Assembly (NCBI GenBank): GCA_004764695.1
Contig: SMSO01000025.1
Location: 248,001 to 312,000, forward strand
Length of the DNA stretch: 64,000 bases
Reading direction: 5' to 3'
Origin: Schizochytrium sp. TIO01
Taxonomy: Eukaryota; Protista; Bigyra: Labyrinthulomycetes
Of the stretch, positions 9,957 to 23,070 are shown piece after piece. A program made the position numbers and the translations under genes. The notes under the pieces were generated by a model, which was given only the letters and a program-made list of their open reading frames with translations, ran no database searches and was not told the origin of the DNA. The number at the start of each line of letters is the position of its first letter. The first letter of the stretch is position 1.

Positions 9957-12167
9957 ATGGTCTCCGCGGCGGCCAGCAAACGCAAATCTACTGGTGGCAT
10001 GGCCACTCCCTCGCGAGCTGCCAAGCAGCAGCAGAAGATCGCTTCTGCCAAGAAAAACGCTGCAAAGGCCAAGACCGTCGAGGTCGACCGCCGCAAGAAG
10101 CAGCGCACGGCCAGCCACGGCGGCTCAATGAGCGCGCAAAAGGCCTCCAAGAAGGTCATTGTTGAGGATGAAGAGAGTGAGGATGAGGACGAAGAGGTGG
10201 GCCTCGAGATGGAGCTGGACAGCATGATTCGCAATGCTATCGAGAAGAACTCCTTGAATGACAAGGAGGCGCTCGTGGCCAGCCTTAAGAAGAAGCTCCT
10301 TGAGGGCCTTGCTGGCAAGGAAGACGATGAGGAAGACGACGAAGAGGAAAGCGAAGAAGAGGTTGTCGTGAAGGCCACACCGAAGAAGGAGAAGAAGGTT
10401 GTTGCCAAGGAGACGCCCAAGTCCAACAAGAAGGCCAAGAAGGCTGTTGTTGTTGAGGAAAGCGAAGAAGAGGAGGAACAAGAAGAAAGCGACGAGGAGA
10501 TGGAGGAGGCCGAAGAAGAAGAAGAAGAGGAGGAGGAGGAAGAGGATGACGAAGAGGAGGAGGAAGACGAAGAAGAGGAGGAGGATGACGACGAAGAAGA
10601 AGAAATTGTCAACAAGCGTGCACCGAAGCAAATGTTTGAGGATGAGAGCGAAGACGAGGAGGAGGAAGAGGAGCTTGACAGCGATGACGAGGCTGCCGGC
10701 TTCCGTGACAAGGGCATTGAGTCTGATGACGAGGAAGATGACGAGGAGGACGAGGAGGAGGAGCAGGACCTCTCTCGCGTCATGGAGGTCTTCGAGCTCC
10801 CGTCTGGTGAGGCTGATGAGGCCGACGACCCCGCCACTGTACAGCAGCGTATTAAGGAGATCTTGGGCACCTTGGCGAACTTCCGCAAGGTCGCAAAGAA
10901 GGGCCAATCCCGGTCTGACTTTGTGGACCAGCTTGTGAAGGACTGTGCCCGTTTCTACGGCTACCTTCCGGGCCTCATCGAGCTCTTCCTCAGTATCTTC
11001 AGCCCCAACGAGATGGTCGAGTTCCTCGAGTCAAACGAAACCCCGCGCCCCACCGTCATTCGTACCAACACGCTCAAGGCAAAGCGACGAGATCTTGCTA
11101 AGATCCTCACCCAGCGTGGTGTCAGTCTGGAGCCACTTGCGGACTGGTCTGATGTTGGCTTGAAGGTCTTCGAATCCAGTGTTCCCATCGGAGCTACCCC
11201 CGAATATCTCGCTGGCCACTACATGCTTCAGAGTGCTTCTTCCTTTACCCCTGTTTTGGCTCTTGACCCGAAAGAGGGCGAGCGCATTCTCGATATGGCA
11301 AGTGCTCCTGGTGGAAAGACCTCTTACGTTGCACAGCTCATGAAGAACACTGGTCTCATTGTGGCTAATGACCACAACAAAGACCGGATCCAGTCTACCG
11401 TTGCTAACACTGCTCGTCTTGGATGCCGTAACATTGTGCACTGCTGCTACGATGGTCGCAAGTTTCCTGAGGTCATGGGCGGCTTCGACCGCGTCCTTTT
11501 GGACGCCCCCTGCTCAGGTCTTGGTGTTATCCAGCGCGACCCTTCTGTGAAGATGACACGTACTCTTGAAGATATTCGTACTACCGCCAAGTTGCAGAAG
11601 CAGCTTCTTCTTTGTGCGATCGACTCTGTGGATGCCAAGTCTAAGACTGGTGGCTTCATCGTGTACTCAACCTGCTCCATCTCTGCCGAGGAGAACGAAA
11701 TGGTTGTCCAGTACGCTCTCGAGAAACGTGATGTTCGCGTCGTAGAATCTGGCGTCAGCGTGGGCCGCCCTGGTTTCATTCGCTACCGCGAGCACCGCTT
11801 CCACCCTTCTTTGAAACACTCTCGTCGCTTCTACCCGCACGCTCACAACATGGATGGCTTCTTCTTATGCAAGCTTCAAAAGATGTCCAACAAAGACAGC
11901 ACCATCGTCAAGGGCCCTAATGTGAGCGCCACCCCTGATGTGGAGGTCCCTGAAGAGGACAACAAGCCCGTGCCCAGTGGCAAGAAGTTTGAAAAGGCTA
12001 CTTCCAAGGGAGGCAAGACTGGTGGTAAGAACTTCAAAGGCAAGGGTGGCAAAAAGGGTGGGCCCAAGGGCAGCCCCGCCGGCAAGAAGTCCTTTGGTGG
12101 CAAACCTGGACAGCGCAACAACAAATCCTCCGGCCCCAAGGGCGGTAACAAGCGCAAGCGCGAATAA
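9957..12167 (+). CDS. NOP2: 25S/28S rRNA m5C methyltransferase NOP2/NSUN1
   Basis: IGATPEYLAGHYMLQ, ILDMASAPGGKT, FDRVLLDAPCSG, VYSTCS, RFYPHAHNMDGFF; acidic N-terminus and basic tail. First ATG in frame is 9957. Confidence 0.96.
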   Translation: MVSAAASKRKSTGGMATPSRAAKQQQKIASAKKNAAKAKTVEVDRRKKQRTASHGGSMSAQKASKKVIVEDEESEDEDEEVGLEMELDSMIRNAIEKNSLNDKEALVASLKKKLLEGLAGKEDDEEDDEEESEEEVVVKATPKKEKKVVAKETPKSNKKAKKAVVVEESEEEEEQEESDEEMEEAEEEEEEEEEEEDDEEEEEDEEEEEDDDEEEEIVNKRAPKQMFEDESEDEEEEEELDSDDEAAGFRDKGIESDDEEDDEEDEEEEQDLSRVMEVFELPSGEADEADDPATVQQRIKEILGTLANFRKVAKKGQSRSDFVDQLVKDCARFYGYLPGLIELFLSIFSPNEMVEFLESNETPRPTVIRTNTLKAKRRDLAKILTQRGVSLEPLADWSDVGLKVFESSVPIGATPEYLAGHYMLQSASSFTPVLALDPKEGERILDMASAPGGKTSYVAQLMKNTGLIVANDHNKDRIQSTVANTARLGCRNIVHCCYDGRKFPEVMGGFDRVLLDAPCSGLGVIQRDPSVKMTRTLEDIRTTAKLQKQLLLCAIDSVDAKSKTGGFIVYSTCSISAEENEMVVQYALEKRDVRVVESGVSVGRPGFIRYREHRFHPSLKHSRRFYPHAHNMDGFFLCKLQKMSNKDSTIVKGPNVSATPDVEVPEEDNKPVPSGKKFEKATSKGGKTGGKNFKGKGGKKGGPKGSPAGKKSFGGKPGQRNNKSSGPKGGNKRKRE

Positions 12168-13653
12168 ACTCAAACGACAACGACGACACGATGATCAACA
12201 TCCATGATTAACCTCACACACATCATTTTCCCTCCTACCTTTGCGGTTCTCTCAATCAACAAAACCAAAATTAGCATCTCTATTTGCTACCACTCCACAT
12301 CTACTTTTCGTGGACATTATATTTGCAGCAGAGAAGATGTGGATTGGAGCGCATTCATCTGAGAGATGGTCTTCTGTCGCTTTTCTTCGTAAAGTTAGTC
12401 TGACTAGCACCATGAAGTGGCGAACCCAATCTTTTCTTTCTTGAAACCCAACAAAGAGAAGAAGCAAACAGCTTCTGCTGTTGCTTTTGATGTTACAGTG
12501 CTCCCCCACGTTTTGGCATGCTCCGATGCCGGCCTTGGGTGGCAGCAATGATGATAGTTTTCCATAAACTCCAGACTTTAAAAAACCCTATCTACTACTA
12601 CAACAACAACAACACTTGGCACGCTTTCTCTTCTCATTTCATCTTGAAATCCAGCATCTTAAAAGACATTAGTATGCGACCTCCTTTGGATCGTTTGTAT
12701 TTCACAATCTCTCTAGGTTCATCATCACCACCAGCTTGAATTCACTAACAGACAATCGACACGTAATTGATCCTCATGGAGAGAAAGCTCGAAAAGGTAG
12801 CTTGTAGAGAACCCTGTCAAGCTTGAGATCTTCTTCGCAACTCGCTCGTCGTTGCAAGGAATTGGATTGAACATCTTCTTACTCACAGCTATCCCGTATT
12901 TTGTCCAGCCTTCGAGCTTTTGTCTGCCTGGAATTGGACAGCTTGAACTATATGTGGGACTAGGAAATCAGTGCTTATAGACGTAAAGAAAGTCGTACCG
13001 CGAACTTCAAATTTAAAGCACAGCACGTCAAAGAGAAATCTTTGTCCCTAATTATTATTATTTTAAAATATTAAAGGGATAAAAGAAGAAGTAAAATGCT
13101 TATTTTTTATTTTATTAAAAAACGTTTTTAAAATATAGGCGCCTTTGCCTATATCTTTGGAATAAATAGTTATAAATAACTACAATAACCTTAATCAATA
13201 TCAATTATTATTTAACATGCTTATATTAATTCTTATATGCATAGACCTGGTCCATATAATTTAATTTCTTTTTAAAATTAAAAATAGAAAATAAATAAGA
13301 AAAAGTCACGATCAAAAAATCAAAAAATCATTAAATAAACGAAGAGAACAGTCAAACGAGCTCAACGAGAAAGCTTTTGCTCAAAATAGTTCCGTCATAC
13401 TTGCGTGTCGCTTTCGTTTTGGACAGGGGTTGACACGCGATGCCAGCTAGCTTTAGCAGCCGATTCTGTTTAGTAAGCTCTCCGACTCCGTGGCCCTGCT
13501 CATCTTCTTCGTTTTGACCTCTTCATAGTAAGAAGTAAAAGAAAAGAAAAAAATATCATATCGTGAGCTGATCGATTGATGATCGATGGATCAAACTTAT
13601 CGCCAGAGCGCACGCATCTCTGTTCCAGGGCGAGGGAGTTGAAACAGCATTCT

Positions 13654-15900
13654 CTAGTTTTCCGAGCCCAGCTCTAGTTTCTCTGGCAGCTTTCTGCAGC
13701 TTTCTACAGCAGCTGCCGAGCTTTGGCAGAGACTTTTTGCCTCCCTCACCTCTTCAGAAGCCACCCTAATTCCCAGCAAATCGTCCTTTGCAGGCTTCAC
13801 CTCTCGCAGCGACGCGGTTGCCAGGAAAGGCTCCGCGTGGCGCCCAAAGTAAACTCCACGATTTCGTGAGTGAATTCGCAAGTGAACGAATGATCCTGCT
13901 GCAAAGATAGGAAGGTAGCTAGCTATAGCTATGCATCGTTGAGGCCAGCCATCTTGGATGCAAAATTGAGGCGAAGCTGGGCGTGAAGGGCCACCTCCAC
14001 TTCGCAGCCCATGATAGTTTTCCACGCTTGATTCCCTGCCGCTCCGCCGACTCTCGAACGCTGACACCTTCGCCTGCACTTCCTCTCCAGCCCTTGGGGC
14101 CTTGTGGGCTTCAAGCGCGATATACACGAAGTCTAGAGTTCACCTGCTCGACCTGCATCAACGTTTCTTGCGCCCCTTGGCGCCCCCCAGTTCAAGGGCC
14201 ACGGCGCGAGCTGCGGCCTGGAAGAGCCAAGCCTTGCGAGATGCTCTGCGCTAGGACCTCGCAGTCCATTGCGCGGCGTCTTGCCTTCGTCCGTGGCCGA
14301 CGAAGCCACAGTCTCGAGCTCGCTGACGATGAAATTGCAAACTCCATCTCCAATCCACGGAAGGAAATCCAAGTTCTTCTCATCAGCGCCAGCGAGGTCA
14401 ATCCCGACCAGGACACCCTGCGTATGTCTCGATCGCGCGCAGTAGTGTTTTTAGTAGCAGCGCGGGAAGGTAAGGCAGGCCAACTTCAAGCTCAATTGAA
14501 GAATTGCCAGCGGCCTCGTTTGTCTTATTGAATGTAATGCTCGGGCCGGTCTGGCTTACGGGGAAGGAGCTGGTTCATGCCAGCGCAGCTCGTAAAGAGA
14601 TTCCAGAGAGAGAGTTTGGAGAGCGACCCTCAAGCTGTGCAGCAATCGACACAGGTTTTTGGACTTGGAGGTGAGAGGCCAGGACTTAGCGAGTGGTAGG
14701 GAGGTGTTAAGGGTTTGTTTTTAGCGGACCCGGAGTTGTCTTTGCTGAGCTGAAGCCAAAAGTTCGGAGGCGATCGTCAGTATCGTTTCTTTGCCAAAGT
14801 TAGAGATCAAGGAAACTCGAGCTGGAGATGGAGCTGCGACCTTCGATCAGAGTGAAGTTCGCACTAGGCTCCGGCTTGGACACGTATTGAAGCTCACGTA
14901 GCTTGAAATGTATGTCAGAGAGGTTCCTGGTTTCAGGTCAGAACAGCAGAGGCTTCCTGACAAAACACCGAAAAGTACAATCCACAAATTGGTGTAATCC
15001 ACCCAATTCAAGCTCGTGAAGAGCTTGGAGGTCATGGACTGACTCAATGGGAATTATTTGTGGGAAGTAACGGAGCAGGTTCTGCTTAGGCGTGCCTGCG
15101 CACGTGTATCGGTGGGTGTGCAGAGGACCTCTGGTGCGACTTATTCCACGCACTCACACGGGCCTTTGGCTGCGATTCCCAGTTCTGACAAGCAATGAGT
15201 TTGGTCTGCATGGGCTAGCGTTTCGTGTTCGACTTGACATGCATTGACTCCATGGAGCGAATCTGGCTAAGACACCACCAAATCATGTAAATGCTCTGTG
15301 ACTTGATCTGTCTGGGCTTCTCACATCGAAATTTGTCCTTCAGAGCAGGTAGATCGTTCGTTTTGGTGCTGAGGTATCAATACCTGCAGTGAGATGAGGG
15401 CTGTGAGCGATCCCTAAGATCGAGTACTGGACCGTTCAGCAGGGAAACTGAGCCTGGATATGCAGTTAAGAGAAGTAGAACACTGCCAACATTCGGTCTT
15501 GAAGTTCTCCAGATACCTAGCTATCTCGTAAGCTGTTCGAAGAAACATCATTCTCTGAAGGACGGAAGCACGCACTTCCATCGTTATCATTTTACCTATG
15601 CACCTGCTGGATTCCAACAAGAGATATGCATGATTTGGTCACTCCCATTCACTAGTCAGAGACGCCTCCTTAAGAGTCTATTGGCTCGAGTAAAAGCTCA
15701 ACTCAACCTAATCATTGCGATTAGGTTAACCTGCAAATTCTTGCACTTTGACGTTGTAACAAGATGTGTTTTATGCAAGTGGCAGTGGCAACACCGCTGG
15801 AGAACAATTGTGATTGAAGATCGTCACCACATCGCATAGAGTCTGGCATCGTCAAGAATCTTGCTTGATGCTGGCCGACTATTCTTCTTTCGCCTTCCCT
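13654..15900 (-). pseudogene. Decayed coding-like sequence, unidentified
   Basis: Protein-like fragments alternate between frames (LVGIDLAGADEKNLDFLPWIGDGVCNFIVSELETV; FQAAARAVALELGG; VYIALEAHK) with stops between them. Confidence 0.3.
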
Positions 15901-17537
15901 CCTTCTAAACAGGCAATAACTCGGTGCAACTTGAAGGTTTCGGATGCTTACAACCTACGTACTTAGCTAGTATTTAGTTCCTCTTTCCAAGTCCTGGGTT
16001 ACTTCCCTAGTGGGTGGTACTACCTACTATAACCTACCATCATGGTATTACTGGCTGAGGTCCATAATTGGAATTCCAAAAATGCGAATTGGACACACAT
16101 GCAGCGAGTAGTGCACACCTTTTGATCTGAATAACAAACGGCCTTGCTTAAGTTTTTACAAAAGGTAAGGAGATTAAAAAGAATGGCAACTTTCTACAAT
16201 GCTCGCACATGTTATTTATTGCTCATGGGCGAAGAGATTCAGTGCGGGAACGCTTCTCAACTTTATGTCTCTCCAATCCAATGACAACATCAATTTTACA
16301 ATCAATTTGTGCTGCAGATTGGGGTTAGTTCGACCATCTTAAAGAAGAATCGGTAAGATCTCTCGTTCACACAATGAAGATATTCCGTCACAAAACGAAA
16401 TTAACTAGGGATATTTGCGGTGGAAATTTATATTTACGGATGTGGAATCCAAACCCTGACAGCTCTGGACATCAGGTAGGTACTGTTCCTAGTATTTTAA
16501 AGCCAAATCTTTGATTTCCTGTACAACAGTGTCACTGTAGACCTTTCTCCGAGTTGGCATTTGGGTCCAGGACGATACATATTTGGCTGGTTCACTCTAA
16601 GTTTGAAGTGAATGACATGCATACAATGCAATCAATTGCAGTTACAGAAGTTCTCCCACAAATGCCATGCACGTGATACAGACACAGCCACTTCATTTGG
16701 ATGCTGATCATCATCAACACCAACCGTCGCTCCTCATCGGTGCGTAAGTTTCTTTCTTTTTCAATTCACTCTTTCGAGCTCGTGCCGAAAGCCATTAGCA
16801 CTGCAGTACAGAGGTGTCTACTGGTTATACGCAGCAATACGGCACTACTTGTTCACAAAGCACCCACCGCCTCGCGCGGCTCTCGCATCTCCGGCACATT
16901 CAGTCAGACCAGCGCGAGCCTCTGACTTTATTCATTTCGTGCCTACAAACACGAATTTTAGGCATCGAGTTTCAAGCTCCTGCGTCAATCTACATCTGTG
17001 GGTGTAGTCCAATCTCCGTCTCGAGTTCTCCACCTTTTCATCATTGGTCTGTAAATAAGTACTCTATCATTTGCATTTCTTTGGTGCGCTCGCATAGCCC
17101 TACTCACCCACCTACCCCAAACTATAGCCCTGTCCCTAAGTGTTTAGGCATTTCATTTCACAGCAACGAAAACAATAACTAGCTATCCCAAGCGCACCTC
17201 AAACGACGGCCAGAAGCTTCTGCACGATCGACCTCTGCGTACAGCTTTCGGCCAAACTTAACTTTCCACCAGCACAACTTGCTCCTCACTGCCTATTCTC
17301 GGGCCCCATCTACACCAAAAAGCTATTCTGCAGAATCACTCAAACCCAACTCAACAAACATCGAATTCGATTGATCGACATTCGTTCTTTCTGCTTCCTT
17401 CCTCTTCCCAGCGCAAAACATTACCAGACCCGGCGCACTCCCGGAAGAAGGGGGTTCGACGGCAAACCCTTAGTTCTTGCGTATGTATGTACGTACCTAC
17501 GTATGTATTGATTAAGTAGGCTCTCTAAGTATGGAGC

Positions 17538-17585
17538 GAATGAATGAATGAATGAATGAATGAATGAATGAATGAACGAATGAAT
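17538..17585. repeat. (GAAT)n microsatellite
   Basis: Direct tandem repeat. Confidence 0.95.
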
Positions 17586-19289
17586 TCATAATTAATTCGC
17601 AGGGTTCAGCCTCCTCCTTGAAACCAAAGGAACCTGAGGATTGTTTCTTGATTTCTTGGTTTCTTGATGAGGTTGTTCACAGAAGGCGAGGCGCCGAGAG
17701 CAGAGGCGGCTTCAGTCTCTTGTGGTTGTTCTTGTTGTTGTTGCTGCTGCGGTTGAAAGTAAGAGAGCGAGCGAACGAGCAGTTGCGATGATCTTTCGTC
17801 GTCATCGCCGCAAGAATTGTGAGTTTATTTTATATTGAGATCAATTTTTTGTTGTATTTGTTTCAAGTTATAATTTTACGAATTTATAAAACCCTGGAGG
17901 AAACTGAAGACCATTACCTAGACTGCTTTTCATCAGAGCACGACGACGACGACGAAGAAAGACAACGAAGCGTTGAGCTCATTTCGTACAGTACGTGCTT
18001 AGCCATAAACGAGTGGAACCGTGAACCATCTTTTCAGTTTTACTAATTCCATTCATCGATTTACTATTTATTCACTGTAAACAAAGAATAAAAACATTCG
18101 CCAATATTGTTAATTATAGAATTAAAGAAAGAAAGCAAAAGAAAGCAAAAGGAGTGAACGAACGAACGATCGAACGATCGATCGCTCAATCCATGGCCCA
18201 ATGGATCAAGCGAATCAGCGAACGAACGTACGAACGAACGAAGGAAGGAGTGTCTCTCTCCGCTCAGCAATGGCTTTCTTCTCTCTAAGCCTTCTGCAAT
18301 CTCCTCTGCTAAGGAAGGCGTTTTCTTCGTCCAATCGGTCGGTCATCCATCTCCTACAAAGTACATAGCATTCCATAGTATCTCTTTCTTTCTTTTCATC
18401 ACAATCGATGATTCACAATTCTTTCCACTTTGCCCATTCCTGCCTAAGAGTCCCTACCACAATCGATAGAAGCCTCCAGCTAGCACACCCCTAGGACTCT
18501 CTACGGCTTGTGCAGTATCCATAGTGCTACCTTTTCTGTTACTTAGTTATCTATTTATTATTTGTTCATTTTCTATTCATCGATTCATAAATTATTGTCG
18601 TATTATTATATGATTGTCTTCTTTCTTCTTCTTTGTCTGTAAAAAACTAATTATTCTCGCATCGCTGAATCCCTCGTGGAATGGCCATACCAAATCATGG
18701 CAGAGAACTGTCCAAGAATGCTGAAGCAGGCATTGCGAAGGAGCGGGGGCAGAGCCAAGGGCTTGGTCCACCCATCGGTATGCACAAGCGCGGAGCAGGG
18801 TTGACTCGAATGATGAAAATCTAGCGAGCGATCTGCGTCAGAGTAAATGACGGCACTTTTGTAATTTCATGAATTATTGAGCTTTCTTTTTGTTTTACCT
18901 TTTTCTTTGTGTATGATTTGTTTCATGGTTTGTTTTCTTTATTCTCTTCTTTGCTTTTTCATTTGCGGTAAAAGGATCTGCCCCAGAATGTTGAATACAA
19001 GGTAATATGTGTGCACAGCCTAAGCCAGTATGAATTCAGGGGAAGGAAGCGCAGCAAAGGCGCAACTCCGCTTTGCAAAGAGAGAAAGAGAAAGGAGCAA
19101 CTCCAGTTCACGATTCCCTCGCGACTCAGGCCGGACCGCGCTGCGCTCGGACTGAAGTCGCTGCTGCCTTTCGCTGCGAGAGGAGACCTCTTCGAAGCAC
19201 GCACCGATTGCGAGAGACACAGGGCCCGCCGCCGTGCAGTAAGCGGAGTCGCAAAGAGACCGCGGAGGTCGAGGCGCGACAGACCGAGA

Positions 19290-19322
19290 TACTTACTTAC
19301 TTACTTACTTACCTACCTACCT
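19290..19322. repeat. (TACT)n/(TACC)n microsatellite upstream of the PH gene
   Basis: Direct tandem repeat. Confidence 0.9.
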
Positions 19323-19760
19323 ATAGCTTTCTAAATACAAAACTAAACAACACGAGACAAAAAGCACATTCGTACACATCCAGTCGCGTGTTTGCTTTCG
19401 TGAAGAGCAATCATTCTGTGAGGGCCAGTAGCTCCGTCTGCTCGCTCTTCGGTTAACAACGCAGTGGGCGCATATACTTCCTGGGGAACCTCGTTTCTGC
19501 GGTCTGTGTACACCCTGGAGGCTTGAAAGCCTTGTGTATATTGTTTGTACTTGTTTCTGTACTACCTCTACGACTTCAAGGCCTTCTTCATCCAGTGGAA
19601 TCTGTCTTTACTGTTCGTAAGTGGATTGTGCCTCTATCTGTGTTGCAGCTGGGGTCGACATCGACGTAAGATCAAGGGCTCTTCTTGAGTTGCATCAATT
19701 TCAAGCTTTTCTGTCGTCTGATTCATAGATAAATTCAATCGTCATTTCATTGCCAACAAA

Positions 19761-21669
19761 ATGCCTGGCTCAAAAGCTGATACACGCCCTGTTGCGGTGA
19801 ATTCAAACTCGTCTTCGTCTTCTTCGTCTTTGGCGTCGACGACGCCGCCGCTGGCTCCGTCGTCAAACCTCGTCTCGAAGCCAAAGCACACCAGTTCCAA
19901 GCACCAAAAGGCTGCACCTGAGATCTCAAGTAGCAGCTCAGCAAAGGTTGCTGCTCCCCCCCGCAAGACGAACAGTGCGCCTCACGACGGAGATAAGACG
20001 AAGCACGTGACGATCAATGCCACGGCCCCGAACCGCGCCAGCATTGGTGCAACCCTCGCTGCAGCAAATGCTGATCGTTTCCGCCGCAAGTCTCTAGTTG
20101 AGAAGTCCTCCAAGGCATACAGCCAGTCTGTCAACGAGCAGGATAGCACCGGTCTGCCCTCCAAGGAAGGTCATCTACGCAAGGAGAACCGTCATGGTCG
20201 CTGGCAACGCCGCTACTTTGTCACGAACAATAGCCATCTTAACTACTTCAAACACAAGCACACGCACACCCTGCTCGGAGACCATGCCAAGCCAAACGCT
20301 TCGATTGATCTGCGTATGGCTACGCACATTTGCGTGCTTGCACGCAATGGTGTTCCTGGCAAGAAATTTGCCATCCAGACTCGTGCAGCAGGGTCTGATG
20401 AGGAAGAGTGCTACTTTCTGAGGGCACACACGAACGGTGACGCCGTTGCTTGGGTAGAGGCGCTCAATGCTCGTCGTGCCTTTTACGCCGGAGAGGACGC
20501 AAAACTGTCCCCAGAGGCAGAGAAAATTGCTGAAGAGACTGCAGAGTACATTCGCCAGGATTCAGGAATCAGTACAATCACTGACGACCTAAACGGTGTC
20601 CGTTTCTACGACCCGTACACTGTTTCGCCACCCGTTTCATCGCCTTCCGAAGAAACCATTATGGATACTGCTGATGACTACTGGCTCGAGGGCGAGGACA
20701 CTGATGATGATGGGTTTTGTCTCTGCCGATGAAGGCACAAACGGGGATCACTCCAGCCTTGATGGCGATGACGACGAAGATGGACATTTCACAGAACGCT
20801 CGCAGAGCGACTCCCCATCGCCTTCGCCAAAGAATAAATCATGCGTTGTGAGTGAATCAAACGCAGCTGCTGTAGCCAACAACCCTCCAAGCACACTCGA
20901 ATCCAAACATTGGCATGTCCCTGAAATCCGGAAGCTCCAGGTTCGCAGCCGGGACTATCTCACCACTGGCCAGAAGCAACTCGCTGATGGCGCTCTCTTT
21001 CACCTTGTGGCCGTGGATAACTTTCTTTGTGAAGGACGCACTGACAACATTATTTCTCATCCTAAGAACCGCATTGCGCAAGCTATCAAGCGAGGAGACA
21101 AATTCCCGTTCATGTTTGTGGTTAACTTCCAGGTGCCAGGTCCTCCGTTCTATAGCTTCGTATTATACTTTGCTGCTAGTGAGATGCTCCAACACTGTCT
21201 CTTTGATGAGTGCTCTACACTCGAGTCTTGGGCTAAAAAAGGCACTGAGTATGCATGGGCCACACGCAGTTTGCCCGAAGGCTTCCCACAGCTGGCACGC
21301 AAGTTCTTCCTCGGTGACAACAAGGAGTTCCGTGACGAGCGTTTCAAGCTTATTCCGCGTATCAGCGAAGGACCCTTTATCGTTCGCAAGTCTGTAGGAT
21401 CCAAGCCAGCGATTCTTGGTAAGAAACTCACACAGCGGTACTTCAAGGGTGAAAATGTACTTGAGCTTGATCTCGATGTTGGCTCATCGACTATTGCCCA
21501 CCGCCTTCTCCAGCTCAGTCTTGGCTACAGTAAGCTACTTACTGTAGATATGGCCTTTGTGATCGAGGGCCAAGACGAGAAGGAGCTCCCTGAGCAGGTT
21601 GTTGGTCTCATTCGCGCTGTGCATGTTGACTTTTCGAAGGCTGTGGATATTAACAAGGGTCATCTTTAA
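19761..21669 (+). CDS. PH domain + EDR2 C-terminal (DUF1336) protein, split by a +1 frame break at GGGTTTT 20712-20718
   Basis: ORF1 has a PH domain (KEGHLRKEN..GRWQRRYFV...YFLRA...AWVEAL). ORF2 has EDR2_C motifs (VRSRDYL, FVVNFQVPG, RDERFKLIP, VGSKPAILG, LDLDVGSS, VDMAFVIEG...ELPE). The acidic linker reads continuously if one T is removed. Confidence 0.8.
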
Positions 21670-21860
21670 AATTTACCCAAAGTTTCTCTCCACAACGATC
21701 AAATCAGCAATAGCGTGTACATTACGCGGATGCATAGGGGCTTAAGCCACAGGGAAAGCTTCATTTTGTCCTGCCTGTTAGTTTTCTTAATGGTCTATAC
21801 ATGAACATGTATGAAGATAGATAGAAGAGACGTGTGTTGCTGAGGCTGCTCTAGAGTTTA

Positions 21861-21890
21861 CATATATATATATATATATATATGTATATA
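21861..21890. repeat. (TA)n microsatellite
   Basis: Direct tandem repeat. Confidence 0.9.
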
Positions 21891-23070
21891 TCAAGAGAAA
21901 TATTCTTGTTCTTCGGGGTAATTCGATATCTCGTCACTGGCAAGGTTATGTCGTATGATATGATCTTTGCCCCTGCTTCCACTCTTGTTAGACGCGCGAA
22001 TTCATATCTTTCTCACATTCTTAATGAAATTCGTGTTAGCAAGCGATGTTCTCCTGCGGCGTTGTTTATAGGGCAATTGTGTGCCCTCCAAACTAGATTT
22101 TATTGTGAAGGCTTTATTGTGAAGGCCTGCCTTTTTCTGTGCTAGCCCACGCTTGCGCTATCAAAAGTGCATTTCCCTTGCTCAGGTTTGTCATACTAAT
22201 TGTGCGCTTTAGTCGCCATTTTGAAGTGCTGCTCTAAATTTGATTTCAAGGTCTCAAAGCTGATATTGACTACAGAAAAGGCGAACTACAATGCTAGACA
22301 TTACGTGCCTTGAGCTCAGAATGTTCTTACCACATAAGGTCGCCCAACCTGTTCTACTTCTTTGATTGTGTTGAGCTCCGGCCAGGTTTCCTTTTGATTT
22401 TCCTACTGTATATTACTGTTATCTCAGAAACAATACCTTATGAAAGCCAAAAAAGGAACTCGGCACGTAGAACAACACACACAGCAGTCATGAAGAGAGT
22501 TTGGGGTCGCATGTTCTGATAGAAAAGAAACTATGTGAAGCAAGCGAGAACAATGTCGAAGAAGTAACGAGTCCGCATTCACACGTGCCTCTCTCTTATG
22601 CGCAAGTTTCCTTCTTTTCACTTTAGCCAGCTACCTTGTGTAGCAATGTTCTACTGCTTTGGCTTGATTTCAATGATTCATGCGGCCCGCTGCCATGAGC
22701 CGTTTTCTTAATATTCCCTTTGATTCTCCCTTTTCCTGAATTAACCACAAAAAAGGTTGGTATATTATATATACGTACATACACAATTTTATTTCACAAG
22801 GATTTTTCTTGATGATGACGCTAAATGTGAAACTTTTGCCATTTACTGGTTTCTGTCCCCATATGCTCATTATGGGCATCATTCTCCTGTACAAGGTGTT
22901 ATGAGTTGACTTTCTGATCTTAAATTGTATAAGATTGCTTCCGTAGTTCGGCGTTTTATTATATGATATTTCGATTTCCGCACAATGCGCAAAACGTAAC
23001 TATACAAAGTCTTTCCTGCAAATAAGAACCGAAGAGTACGGTGCAAAGCCGAGCGCTAGCTCGGCAGGAA

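Noticed and set aside
9811-10938. Long overlapping and antisense ORFs (poly-Ser, poly-Leu/Phe, poly-Arg)
   Set aside because: Shadows of the GAG/GAA/GAC-rich acidic region of NOP2.
482-12167. Clustering of RNA/translation genes (MRPL4, QTRT2, NOP2) as a functional cluster
   Set aside because: Different compartments, mixed orientation and unrelated genes in between; ordinary housekeeping neighbourhood.
14375-14415. LVGIDLAGADE as an adenosine deaminase motif
   Set aside because: No downstream HAGE or other ADA motifs.
17440-17480. GGTTCGA T-loop-like motif suggesting a tRNA
   Set aside because: No cloverleaf, acceptor stem or D-arm can be built around it.
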